This document shows positions 1 through 14,912 of a DNA stretch of 64,000 nucleotides, piece by piece. The stretch is from the NCBI GenBank assembly GCA_012295275.1, contig CM022675.1, positions 4,092,001 to 4,156,000 on the forward strand, written 5' to 3'. Origin of the DNA: Chrysomallon squamiferum. Its lineage: Eukaryota > Animalia > Mollusca. Every line of letters begins with the position of its first letter. Position 1 is the stretch's first letter. The notes under the pieces were generated by a model that worked only from the letters and a program-made list of their open reading frames with translations, did no database searches and had not been told where the DNA came from. The translations under genes and the position numbers were made by a program.

Positions 1-35
1 AGTGCAGTTGTCTCCCCAGTGGTCTGGATCACAGT
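1..35 (-). CDS. Exon 30 (partial): start of laminin/MEGF-type EGF
   Basis: TTTCTTTCAG| then [12 protein letters not shown], truncated by the window edge. Confidence 0.88.
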
Positions 36-1998
36 CTGAAAGAAAGAAAAAAAAATTTAAATTTAAATTTAAAATAAATAAATGAAGTTAAATTAAAAAA
101 TTAAAATAAATTTCGTGTTGGCATTTCTTATGAAATAAAAATGAATAAATAATTAAAAAATTAAAATAAATTTTTTGTGTTATTTTTAATAAAACAAAAT
201 ACTCGGAATGTTTCCACATAAAATTTATAATATTATATGAAAAACATAATCTCAGTTATCATCAATCTGTTCTAATGCTTCAAACTTAAAAATATAATTT
301 TTTGGAATTATCAGAAATGTATTTTTATATTATTTTACTTTGTAATGAGGAATTCTGCTTACCAGCACATGTTCTCTGGTCATTTTCCAGTTTTTTCCCA
401 GCTGGACAGGAACAAGTGAATCCACCATTTGTGTTAGTACAAGTATCAGTACACTTTGTTATACTGGCATCAGTCGATGTACACTCATTTATATCTACAT
501 AATAATAATAACAATATTAGTAGTAATAATAGTAGTAGTAATAATAATAATAGTAATAATAATAACAATAACAATAATATAAACAATAAAGTAAAACGTT
601 TATTTCAAATGACTTTGTATAATATTGTTTAAACTTTCATTTTTCTTTTCTGCTTGAATTAAATTTATATTTATTATAATTGAATTAAAGTTTTTTTTTT
701 ATTAATATGTAAATGTACATATCCATAAGTATCCATACATATGTAAAAGATAAAAAAATAAATATTTAAAAAAACAGATTGGAAACATTATTACAAATCC
801 GGAGACTTTTTCCTGGCTGAATGTTTAGAGAAGATTCTACACTCACCAATACAGGTGTGTTTATCTGTTGCTAGTTTGTATCCAAAGTTACAACCACACT
901 GCGCTTGTTTGTCCACAACAGTGCAGTAATGGCTGCAGTTGAGATGAGAGTAAAACTGACATGGATCTGAAACTGCATTGAGAAAACTGGATATTAGCTT
1001 CACTTAATTAGTATAATGATAACTTCACGACTGAGAAATTATGAAAAAAGTTGTTCAATAATAATAATAATTGATAAATGAAATGCTGTAATTTTAGTGT
1101 AGTTCTGAACAGAAAAGTTTTTTTTTTTAATAATTATAAACATTAATTTGAGATTAACAACATTAGCAAATTGGACAACAAATAAACTAGCAAATTTATA
1201 AAAATTAATAAAAATTAATAAAATAAATAAAAACACAAATATAGATATTTCTGATTTAACATTCAAACTGATGTTTTATATACCTTAATTATCTTTATCT
1301 GTTTACAAACTAAAAGTTTAAACGACTTTATGTGCAAAACTGTCAGGTTAATTATGGAGGAAAGTACTATTTTGTCATTTCATATTTTTTATTTTTTTTT
1401 TTTTCATAATTACAGCAAAGTGAATATTTTTTGTATGGATTTCAGTATTAAGTCGAATCAACGAATGTTTGTTTGACATCAGTACACACTAATAAGTGTG
1501 ACTGCTGTGTCAAACTCAGCTATTTCTGAAATGATCTTGTGAGGTAAGATAGTCACTCCCTGGTACATACAAAATACTAACCTTTCTCACACTGTTTTCT
1601 GTCATTTTTCAAGTAGTAACCATAGTGACACAAACAGTTATAACTGCCTTCAACATTCTGACAAATCTGTTCACATGCTGCAGCACCACTTTTGCATTCA
1701 TCAATGTCTGAAGCAAAAATTTATTATTTAAAAAACTGAGGCTTTTTTCCTAATTTCTTCTTCTTCTTTTCTTCATCATTTAATAATCAACTTGTTATTT
1801 ACCTCATTTTAACAATAATATAAAAGCTAAGAAATGTATTATCATCATCAAGTCAAAAATGATAATGATTTTTTAATTAAAAAAATAAATTAATTTAAAA
1901 AAATAAATTAATAAAAATAAATAAATTGTTATTCTCTTAAACATATATAACAGTAACACTATATTAACAATAGTAACAATAAAAACAATAGCAAATAA

Positions 1999-2029
<31 letters not shown>

Positions 2030-3027
2030 AATATTGGTAATGATGATGATACTACTACTGCTAATGATGACAATAAAATAATAATGACAGTAACAATACC
2101 AATGTGATCACACATTAAAGAAACAAAATATAATTTCAGTGTAGTTCATTAATCTCACCAATGCAGTTGCTAAATCCCTCTTTCCTGTAGCCTTCTCTGC
2201 ATGAACATATAAACGATCCAACGATGTTGGTGCAGTCCTGCGTGCAGTTGTCCAAACCAGAGCCACATTCATCAATATCTACAATTTAACATGAGTGTGT
2301 CAAATTATTTAAATATCTGGAATAATGTAATTAGGAAATTCTGAAATAACATCAGTGTGTGTGTATGTATATGTGTGTGTGTCTATATATATATATATGT
2401 AGTTATAGTGTGTGTGTGTGTGTGTGTGTGTGTATATCATCATGTTTAATAATAATAATAACAGTAGTAGTAATAATAATAACAATAATAATACTAATAA
2501 TAATATTTCATTATTTTCCATTATTATTTAGCTATTTATGCAGCATTTTATTTCAGTTATTCTCATTTTTAATGTCAGAAACATAAAGCTTAGAAATTAA
2601 ACAGCAAAAATAAAATGGAAAAATTCAACTAACCTACACATTCCGTGCCATTATTTTCGAAACCACTTGGACATGTACACTGGTAAGAGCCTTCAGTGTT
2701 GGTACAGATGAATCGATTGCCACAAATGCCTGGCGACTGTGTACACTCGTCAATATCTTGTGTGCAGTTAGTGCCCACCCATCCTGTCACACAGACACAC
2801 CCGTGCACTGGGTCACAGCTGGAGGCGTGGCCGTGGCAGTTGCAGGTTAAACTACAACTGGGGCCATACTGAGGAAAAGGACATTCTGGAAATTGAATAA
2901 TTAATACACAGTTAAATTAATGTTTGCATTAATGTTGGAGTTATCTCCCTTTAACACCCCCCCAACACACACAGTCACACACACACCAAATAGACATTAT
3001 ATATACTCAGATATTACATAAACTCAT

Positions 3028-3066
<39 letters not shown>

Positions 3067-6000
3067 TTAATAATAATAACAGCAACAAAAACAACAATAA
3101 TATGAATAAAAGCATCTTTGAAAAGAAAAGAAAAAGAAACTCAAAATATTAGTAAAATTAACAAAATTTTACCATTTGTTTTTGAAATTATAGGAAAAGA
3201 ACTGAGATATATTTGAATAAATGGGAATAGTTGCTGAATAGTAATAAGAACAATATTAGGTAAAAAAAAAAAAAATAATAATAATAATAATAATTAAAAA
3301 AAATTAAAATAATATATTCCTATATTAATGAATATTTTGAAAAAGTGATGAAAGTAACAAAGAAAAACGTATTAATGTTGTTTGAATCAAATCAATTAGA
3401 AGTTTTTGACTGGGAGATATATAAACTAGACTTACGTTCGCAGGCCAGTTTATCAGCAGCCAAGCGGAACCCATCATAACACGAACACGTGTAACTGCCT
3501 TCACTGTCTGTGCACTTCTGTGCACACAAGTTCATGCTGCATTCATTAATATCTGAAATAAACACATCAGTTCCTTCACTTTCTTTTTCATAAAAACTGA
3601 AATTACACTTGAGTAAAGTCTTTTGTACCTTTTTATTTTTAATTAACAAACACATACACATATATATATTAATTTATACATTTTTTTTGTATTAGTAGTG
3701 ATGGTAATAGTAATAACAGTAATAATAGTAATAATAAAAATATAATAATAATAATAACAATAGTAATAATAACAACAACAACAGTATAACAACAATAGTA
3801 ATAATAATAATAATAATAATATTAATAATGATGCAATAATAATAGTAATAATAATAATAACAATATAAACTTACTGGTACATGTTTTTTGATCAGATTCT
3901 AGTCTGTATCCTGAGTAACAGAAACACTCAGCATTGCCTGACATGTTCGTACAACCCTGCGAACAATTTGCCTCCTTGCACAAGTCAGGGACTGAAATAA
4001 AAAGTTTTCTAATTTAACAAAATTACACATTTTATTAATTCTTTAACATTGGTTTACTAGTTAACAAGCTACACCTTTAAACATTTATATTAATAATAAT
4101 GTAACAAGTTAATTAATAATTGAGGCTGAAATAATTAATTAGATCAATAATATTACAACAGTGTAACTTTGGTTACATCTAGAATGGTAGTTATGGAATA
4201 ATTAACTGAAATGTATACGAAAGATGAGCTAAATTATTAAATAATATTTTTTATACATGTATATGTTTTGTATGAAAGTGGTTTTCAAATAGTTATAACA
4301 ATTATTATCATCATAATTATCATAATCATTATCATCAGTATCATTATAATTACTACTATTATTATGATGATGATAAAAAAAAAAAAATGAACAAAATACA
4401 AACAATATAATAATAATAAAATAGTTTTAAAAACATAACTGATATAAAATAAAAATGTACAAATATTATTGCGAAATAGTAAAGACTGAAAATAAAGTGA
4501 ACAATGGTAACACAGTGTCAGTACACTTCACATTACTCACCTGTTGTTTGGTTACAGTATGCATTGTCTGTCCACAGGGAGTAACCATCAAAACAGCTGC
4601 AGGAGTAACCACCAACAAAATTGTTACAAACTTGTGAACAGTTGTAACTCTGTTCTATGCATTCATCAATGTCTGAAATTTTCCAAAATATGTATTTATT
4701 AATAAATACACCATTTTAGTTTTTAAAAATTAAAAATGATATCATATTGTTAGTTCTCAAATATTTTTCAAATGCTTTAGTTATCAAAAATGTGTTAAAT
4801 AAACAGCTAATTTATTAAAATGATAAAATGAGTTTAAAGAAAGAAAGAAAGAAAGAAAGAAAGGAAGAATGAATAAAATAAAATAAAATGAAATAAAATA
4901 AAATAAAAACAATGAACTGAAATAAATAAATAATACAAATTAATTTTAAAAATCAGAATTTAATTAAGTTATAAATGATATCAGTTAATCATAAAATTTA
5001 ATTTAAATAAAGACCACTCACAACAAAAAAAACGTTAAAAAAAAATCAATCAGCAAAAATTATTTATATAAATAAATACATAAATATACAAAAAATAAAT
5101 AAACAACAGATGAATGTAAATAAGGCAAATATGAAAAATTAAAAGAAAACTTAAAGATATAGCTAATGAACTGATATTAATACTACTTACCAATACACTG
5201 TCCTGATCTGCTCATGCGAAATCCTGAGTTACAAACACATTTGTAAGAACTAATGGAATTCTCACAGGTGGAATTTTCAGGGCAAATATTTGATTTCTGG
5301 CATTCGTCAATATCTGAAAGACAAAAGATAATTAGAAAATTAAATTAGATTAATGAAATAATAATGTATATAAAACAAAAGAGGAAAAAGAAAAATGTTT
5401 TAAAAATTGTAATTTATAAGATAAAATGTTATTTTATACTTTTAAATTTCAAAAAAAAAATACAGCAAAAATAAATTCAAATAAATATTTTGATTCCAAA
5501 AACATAAAAAATTTTTTTTAAATTTAAATTCATTTCAAAAACATATAATAAAAATAAAATTTTGAATTTAAAAAAAAATACAGTAATGAAATTCAAATTT
5601 GGAAAAATGTACAAGAAAAATAATCTACCCTGGCACTTTCTGTCATTGGCTTCAAAGCCAGGAGAACATGCAGAACAGTTGTAACCAACACCTCGCACTT
5701 CTTCTTCATCAGGGCTCAAGTCAGTGCAGATTTGTCCAATAGCACAGGGAAACTCAATACAAGAGTTGAAGTTCTGGTTACATTCCTCACCTGGACAAAA
5801 TAACATTATTTTTAAACATTTCATTTTATGTGGGGTGGTGTTTTGGGGTGTGTGATTGTGTGTATGTGTATGTGTGGTAGGGTGGTATGTGTATGTGTTC
5901 TAATAGTCAAAAGAATTCCAAGAAAAAATTATTTGGTTACATATCAATTTTTATTATTATAATTTTTTGTGTGTGTGCTCAACACACACATGCACACGCA

Positions 6001-6081
6001 CACACACACACACAAAATGTTTTGAACTCACATATTGTGTGAAAAAATATTCACACACACACACACACACACACACATGTA

Positions 6082-6118
<37 letters not shown>

Positions 6119-6219
6119 CTTGTACAAACACACTACTGAACTACAAACCACATATTCACAAATGCTATCTGGACCACTTCTGATCAGCTGCAGAAGATGC
6201 TACACAAAAATATTTCACA

Positions 6220-6269
<50 letters not shown>

Positions 6270-6338
6270 GTATTACAATTACAAACTGCTATCTGGAACT
6301 TCTGATCAGCTGCACACACACACACACACACACTTATA

Positions 6339-6378
<40 letters not shown>

Positions 6379-6580
6379 TACTCACAGACCCACAGAATCT
6401 GATAGAAAGATTTACAAACTATCTGAACTTCTGATCAGCTGCAGAAGACACACTTATACTCAGACCCACAGAATCTGATAGAAAGATTACAAACCTGCCC
6501 AGCCAGTATTACAATTACAAACTGCTATCTGGAACTTCTGATCAGCTGCAGAAGATGCTACACACACACACTTATACACA

Positions 6581-6646
<66 letters not shown>

Positions 6647-9600
6647 TACTCACAGACCCACAGAATCTGATAGAAAGATTACAAACCTGCCCAGCCAGTA
6701 TTACAATTACAAACTGCTATCTGGAACTTCTGATCAGCTGCAGAAGATGCTACAGTTCGTGGGGTGGTGTAGTCACAGGTTCCATGAGCTGAACACCCAG
6801 TACACAACATGATTGTCACCTCTAGAGGTGCTGCTTGCAATCCTGCGTTATCCATAGCTGTCAAACTGAAATTTTTATATCAATTTAAACTTAAATTTGT
6901 TAACTGAAATATATATAAAAATTAATAAATAAACAAATAAATAAATGGCTTTTTATTTCAATAATAAAAAATAATAATGAAAAAAATAAACAAATCATTA
7001 AAGAAAAGACTAAATTTAAATCAAAAGTTTTTTAATTTTTAATTTTCTATTTTAGTCTATTATTATTCTAATGTTGTTGTTTTTTTATTTCTTTTGTGTG
7101 GGGTTATATATTTTGGTTATTTTATGAGTCTGTTTCTTTTTGTTTTGTTTTATTTTGCCTTTTTTAATTTGTTTTTTTGTCAATTTATTTTTTCTTTAAA
7201 AGGTTACCTCTTTAAAAGACATATTTGAATCGTGTGTTACCTGATTGCTACGGGTGTGGTATTTACTGGCAACCACACAGCAGTGCCAGTCTGATTGTCA
7301 AATGTGAAGCTGTAGTCTGGCTGATCCAAAAGAACAAAGGTTGGCGATGTTGTATTGTCATCAAACGCAGTGAATTGCAGGGTGATGTTACTCCCAATCA
7401 AAGCATTCACAACAGTTGTACCATTAATGTATGGAGCTTCATTTTCTGTAAAATAATAACAATAGTAATAATAATAATAATAATAATAATATAAACACAA
7501 ACACACATTAATTATGCTATCTTCTTTCAAAATCATTCACAACATAGAAACATTTGATTGCATTTTGGAGTTTTTGTCTTTCAATTTGAAACATTTGTAC
7601 ACATTATTTTACATACTTGTGTTTTTTCTGATTCATTTAATTATTTGATTAAAATTTAGTTCATATATTCAGTTTAGTAATTCATTCATCTGTTTGTTTG
7701 TTTGTTTGTTCCTCTCTCTATCTGTTAGTTTATTTGGTTATCAGAATTCATTGTAACATTTACTAACTGTTAAATTCAATTAAACAGTGTAATAGATTAA
7801 TAACTGATTAGACAAAATTCAGAAAAACATTTGTAGCAGATACAGACATTTCCTCACTTACATGAGGAATCCAGTTAAAAACTGTGAGTCTAAACATACA
7901 TGTGTCAGAGACCACCCATTAATTAATAACATTAAAAATAAGAATAAGAGGGAATTCTATATATTAGTAACTATTAAAATTAACCAAGTTTTAACCGTTG
8001 TTTTGGTGACGGTAGGAAAACAATTAAGATAAACTTGAATAAATGGGAATAGTTGCTTAAAACACATCAACAGTAACAACAAGAATAAGGCTAAAAAAGT
8101 AATAATACTTAAAAAATAATTATATCCATATTAACATGTATTTTTAAAAGTGAACAATAGTGTGTCATAAAGATGTAGTGATATCAGTTGTTTGATAAAA
8201 AATAAATAAATAAATAAACAAGGGAATTCCTACATAAATATGAATCTGCATATATCAAAGAATATCTATATTTTTCTTATAAATCATTACTTGTATAATT
8301 ATACTCTGAATATAAAAAAAGTATATTGCAGGTTAATTTACTCATGGGATTTATAACAAGACGGAGTTAACAGTGTTAAAAAGAAAACTCTTACCATTGA
8401 TAACTTTCCTGGTGTCACTCTGTACAAGGACATCTTTTGTTTGAAGAGCAAAGTCCTTATCTCCAGTAACGATGTAATCATAGATGCAGGCCTTTAAATC
8501 ACTTCCACATATTTGTATCGCCTGGTTTCTCTGCTCAGGTGTGGCTTCATCGGTGAAAACTGGTTGAAATGATGGATCAACGAAGTCAGAAGGGGAGTAT
8601 CCAGGTTGGTAGAACATTGTTGATGCCGAGCTATTCAGTGGTATTTGCCCTAAAATGAAAAAATAAAGTAAGTCAATTTCAGAAACAGTAAATACTTTAA
8701 AATAACAATCTTTCTTTGTTATGCTTTTTGAAAATCTGACCTTTCATTTTAATTTTTATTATTATAGGTTATCATAATCGTCATCATCATTATTATTACT
8801 TTTATTATTTTTATACTAATTGCATTATTATTATTATTATTATTGTTATTATTATTATTATTGTTACTATTATTATTATTATATTTTGTTTCTGTAGTTA
8901 TATTGTTAAATTATTTTTATATATTATTTTTTTTACTTTGTCTGATTTTATAATTTAATTTTTGGTTTCTACAGGTGCCATTATGAAATGTCTCACATAT
9001 CTATAATCTTACATACCACTTATCTAAACTTACACAATACATCTAAACTTATGTCAAATATCTGAACTTACATATAACATATATCTAAACTTACTCAATA
9101 CATCCGAATTTGTATCATATATCTAAACTTAAATGTGACCTAAATCAAAATTTACATTCAGCATGAATCTAAATTTATCTGTCACATATAAACTTACATG
9201 TCACAGATAAACTTACATGTCTGTCCCATGTCAAATAATTCTCGTTCAGTGGCTGTGGATTGCAGCTGTTCTCCAGTTTTCTTTTTGAAATCATCATCTG
9301 GATTACCATTAAAGTTGCCAAGGAGACCAACAGGAAGTCCATTGTATATCTCTGGCACAGCCACAGATATGGTCAACACTTTCAAGCTCAGTGTGATATT
9401 CAAAGTTATTTCTAAAATAAATAAATAAATTATTTATAAAAACAAAAAAAACTTAATGATAAAAATAAAATAAAAGAACACAAAAAAAGAAAAAGAAGAG
9501 ATAAACTAAGGTAAAGAAAAATGTATAGCATTTAATGAAATAAAGTTAAATTAATACACTCGCTTACAAAATGGATGAAAGCAGAAACTAATATATCCAC

Positions 9601-12600
9601 CTTCAAATTGGGAGGGAGCAGAAATTAATATATAAGTTATTAATACAATGCACACACAAACAGAAGACAGATATTTAAAACTTACTGTTGGAGAATGTTG
9701 CAACGACTGATGAGTTGCCAACCTTTTCTAATAAAAGTTCGGGTGTAACGACTGGAAAATTGTAATTTCTTGCATAGTAAGCAGTGTAATCCCTGCCATT
9801 TCCATATATAACAAGTTCTGAAGAAGAAAAAACAGACAACCTGTAATTAATCTGTTCATTTCCCGGGCTGAACTTCACCGTCTAATGGCAAAGAAACAGA
9901 CAGTACCTTCACACAGGACCAGTGAAAACACTCAGTTTATTAATGCTGTACGGGAAGTTAAAATCATTAATAATGTAAGTAAACAGAAGTTAAAAATCAT
10001 GATTTAATGCTGTACGGGAAGTTAAAATCATTAATAATGTAAGTAAACAGAAGTTAAAAATCATGATTTAATGCTGTACGGGAAGTTAAAATCATTAATA
10101 ATGTAAGTAAACAGAAGTTAAAAATCATGATTTAATGCTGAACGGGAAGTTAAAATCATTAATAATGTAAGTAAACAGAAGTTAAAAATCATGATTTAAG
10201 CTGAACGGGAAGTTAAAATCATTAATAATGTAAGTAAACAGAAGTTAAAAATCATGATTTAATGCTGAACGTGAAGTTAAAATCATTAATAATGTAAGTA
10301 AACAGAAGTTAAAAATCATGATTTAATGCTGAACGTGAAGTTAAAATCATTAATAATATTAAGTAAACAGAAGTTAAAAAATTTAATGTGTACGGGAGTT
10401 AAAATCATTAATAATGTAAGTAAACAGAAGTTAAAAATCATGATCTTTATAGCAGTTACTAAAGAAAATCCAGATATTAACAAATCACTGTAGAAATACT
10501 TATGACATAATTTGTTACTTCAAACTGATATTACAATAGTGGTATTTTAATTTTGCCTTACACAGATATTTTAACACTGTCTCCTAATGATAGGTTCAAT
10601 ATTTATTTTAATATTAAATATTACCTTAAACTGTTGTTTTAATTTTAGCTGAAAGTGATATTTTATTTTACCTTAATTCTAATAATTTATTATTTTAAGT
10701 AAATATTTTAACATTATCTTAATCACAGTTATTAATTACATTAATTACCAACTTATTTGATAAGTAATTAATATTTATTTTGTGCTATAAAAAAAACTTT
10801 TAAATTTCATATTTATTAAATATTATTTAACAATTTTTGTACCTTTCAGTTTATCAGATCCATACCAGCCACATTTAAATAGTTTTAATATTAAATATTT
10901 TTAAATGCTAAATTATTCTTCAGTACCAGTGAATTCATTTCAATCATGTAAAATAATTTTTCTTTAAATCAAGAACATTTTTCATTCTCCTGACTCTTAA
11001 ACCCCACAGCAGCTAATGATTTATTAATGATTTAACAAAAACAAACATTTAAACACCAGTCTGCATAATCCGATTCTTGTAATGTTTACTGAATCATGAT
11101 TTCATTATCAATCACCACTGTGACATTTTAATTTAATTTTATTTTATTTTTCTCATACCTGTTTTAGTTCTATCCATTTCAACATGCAGTTTTCCCCCAT
11201 CGCTGTTGCTTGCTGAAAATGCTGTGAACACTGTGGCGTTGACCAGACCCTTCTGTGTTTCCATCCGTCCAGTGCGTCCTTGCAGAACGAAGGTGAAGTT
11301 ATCTGCATTTATTTCCATCATTGTGTACTCACCAAGTCCATTGAACGTGTACTGTCTGCCATCAAGTGTCGTAATGTGAGGGTCTCCAAACAGAAGAGCT
11401 GAAAACAAAACATGTGTTAATACAAGTCTGAAATCAATCCATTAAAAACAAAAAAACAAATATTATCAAATCAAAATGAATCCATTTAAAAATAAACATA
11501 ACGATAACTATATATTAATGATAACAATGAGTTTGAAATCAATCCATTCAAAAATAAAAAATAAAATAAATATTAATAATAACTGTGAAATCAATATATT
11601 AAAAGTTTTGTTAATTATACTAGTAAAATATATTGAATAACTTTCTTTTATCAAAAGGATGGACAGAACTACATATGGTCAGTACTGCACAGGGATATTA
11701 CACTGTCAAGCTGAAAATTAACAACTGTTTAAATTATTTCAATGTTAACAGTCATTAATTATAAGGATCTTTTACTTTTTTTTCTAACACAAAAGGATTT
11801 CAGGTTTAGACTTTGATCCTAGTCTCAAGCTGCCTCTTTCAAGACTAGAATCTTGAAACCATTCTGAAACTGGAATCATCTGCCAAAGATTTCAAAGAAA
11901 GGACTTACCCCATCTTATTCTAGACTGACGAGAACATGTTAGCAGAGTGTCAGAGGGTCTCAGTTCATAAAAGAGTGAACAGAGAGATGACTTCTCACAG
12001 CAGTAAGACTTCGGCACAACATCCTGCTTCTTATGCTTAACTGGGAACATCCATGAAGAGAAGCGCTGGAAGTTACCTGACAAAGGCATCGATGTTATCA
12101 GACTTCCCTTTTTGTTGTAACAACAGCTCTGAAAAGAAAATTATTAATTTTCTCAGAGATTATGCTGGTGGGTATGTAGGTGAACACTGTAGTATTAATG
12201 GCTGCGATAGTGGTGTGATAGTTGTAGAACTGTTGTAGGGACATATAAAGTAATAGTAATAGGGTAGTAGAAGTAGAAGCAGTAGTTGTTAGATATAGTT
12301 GCTAACAGCAGTAATAAGAGCAGCAGCAGTAGTAGAAGAAGTAATAGTAGTTGCTGTAGTAGTAAACAGGAAAGATCTTTGATGTTAATATTTCTACTAC
12401 TATTACAAATACTAATTAACGGTAATAGTAAAAATTATAATAATAATAACAACAATAATTACAATAACAATGTCATCAATAACAAAAACAACAATAATAA
12501 TAATAATAACAAATAACAATAATAATAATAATAATAAAAATAGTTTTATCAATTTACTATTATTATTCATGTTTTTTTGCTGTTATCATCATTGTTATTG

Positions 12601-14861
12601 TTATTGTTATTACCTTTCCTGACGAGCCAAAGAATGGTCCTATGTCGTAGCATGTGACTTTACCACCTTTGCCTCGTCTCATGAATATTCTTTGGAAGTC
12701 CAGAAACAGAGATGAGCAAGGACATGACGGCATTTGATTGTATCTTTCTAAAAGGCGCTTTTTGAATCCAAGGTTCCTCAGATACCACGAGTAGCATTTC
12801 TGGGCATAGTTCAGTCCAACCTTTTTCTCACCAACTTTGTATAGCCACACACCTGCTATTCCTGTCAATGAATGAATGAATGAACAAAATGTGAGTGAAT
12901 GAAGGAATGAATTAGTTACTGAATAAATTAGTGATTGTGTGAATGAGGTAATACTGAATGAATGAAAGGAGGATGGAAGAAATTAATGAATGGGCTAGTA
13001 AATAAATGTTATTGTCCATTTAGAAATGTATCAAGATATATAATTGTATAAATCAGCAATGAGTTCTGTGTTTCTAAACTTGAATATAATTTTAAAAAAT
13101 TAGAAAAATGTTTATGAAAGACAGTGAAAATAGGTTTTTGAGTGATACTTAACAGAAACAGTACCAAACATAAATTAACTTAACATTTTTTTCAACCACA
13201 GTGATTTTCATTTTGATATTTAACAATAAGTTATATTTCTCTAATTACCTGTATTTCCAGAAACCGTATCCATGGTGGGTCTAGTTTCCATTCTGGAGTA
13301 GATAGATGGTTCTACTAGGTCTGTGGATGAGCTGTAACCTATAACAACATTTTTATACTGCTGTGAGTTCCAGTTCATTGATCCCTGCTCATAGAAGCTC
13401 ATCATATAGCCTGTCTTACCATCTGTTATAAGCACAGTCTGAAATGTCGATCGCTGTTAAAACAACAAAAACATAATTATTAGTTTTGTACATTTGACAA
13501 GCAACTACTACACAAAATAAAATTTATTTGCTTATGTTTATCACACATTCTTGTAAAGATTATTATTTATTTGTTTATATATTAGTTTATTAATATCAGC
13601 AGATTTTAGGGTTAAGGACATTTTTTTTAAGTTTGCTTTTTATCTTTTTGAAAAAAATTATGTTTTTGTTTTGTTTTGTTTCTGTTTCTGTTTCTGTTTA
13701 TATTTGTTTTTGTTTTTATTTTTATTTTTATTTTATTTTTTGTTGTGGAATTTTATATGGTTTCTGGCGAAGTAGTGAGGTTTCCAATTGTAAACAGTAT
13801 ACTTTTCACATAATTAAATAATATAAAAACAAATTACACACAACAGAAAAACTATATGTTAAAAAAATAACACAAATATCACTCAACAATTTCTTCTTAT
13901 AACCAATAAAATTTTTAAATTAAATACATCCAAGAAAATATAAATCGTACCTCAGTTGCCAAAACACCAGATTCATCTTTATACGGGGGTACGCGATCCC
14001 AAGTGGCAACCAGAACAGTGTTGGCTTCAAATGCAGAGTCAGGGGTGTGTTTATGTACCTCATTAGTTGCTCTGTCAACAATTATCTTATCCCTGGGGTT
14101 GCTGGAGGTGTACACTTGATAAAAAGCATTTCCTATAGAGCCAGCATTTCTCAGATCTATGTCAACACAGTACGTGCAGATGATGAACTCGCCAGGAACT
14201 CCAACAGACATCAAACCAGTAGGATTGTAAGGACTCCCGAAACTAAGTATTCCGTTGGTACCCATCTGAAATTTAACATCGCTCAGTGTTATTAAATTCT
14301 CTGTTTTATTTTATTTCTGATTTTATTTCCATTTTATTTTTACTTTCATTTTTATTTTATTTCCAGTTTTATATCGTTATTATTTTATTTTGTTGTGTTC
14401 CATTCTATTCCATTTTTACTTTTATTTTATTTTTTATTTTATTTTCATTTTATATTTTATTTCCAATTTTATTCTTTTTTATTTTATTTTATTGGTATAT
14501 TTATTTCATATTTTGATAAAGTGTTTTTATTTATAACATTAAAGAATATAAAAAAATTTAAAAATTAAATTTTCACCAACACAGAAAGAGATCATTAGAT
14601 TTGACTTACATAGACTTTGTGGTGGATGAGTTTATCAAATGGGAATCCTACGTCCAGAAAGATGGGTGGACTAACTGAATCATCAGCCTGCTTCACGAAA
14701 TTGTCTCTTTGTGACATGCCCCATGGAAACAAGTCTGTTATCAATTTAAATAGATGTACATGTGTCAGTATATATCAAGTCATTTTATAAATTCTTGTCA
14801 CATTTTAGGTACTCTTTCTCACTATATATGCACATGTATGTGATGCATGCATTATATAAGG

Positions 14862-14912
<51 letters not shown>

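Noticed and set aside
9941-10444. CRISPR-like regular array
   Set aside because: Units are contiguous with no unique spacers, inside a eukaryotic intron, and there are no cas genes.
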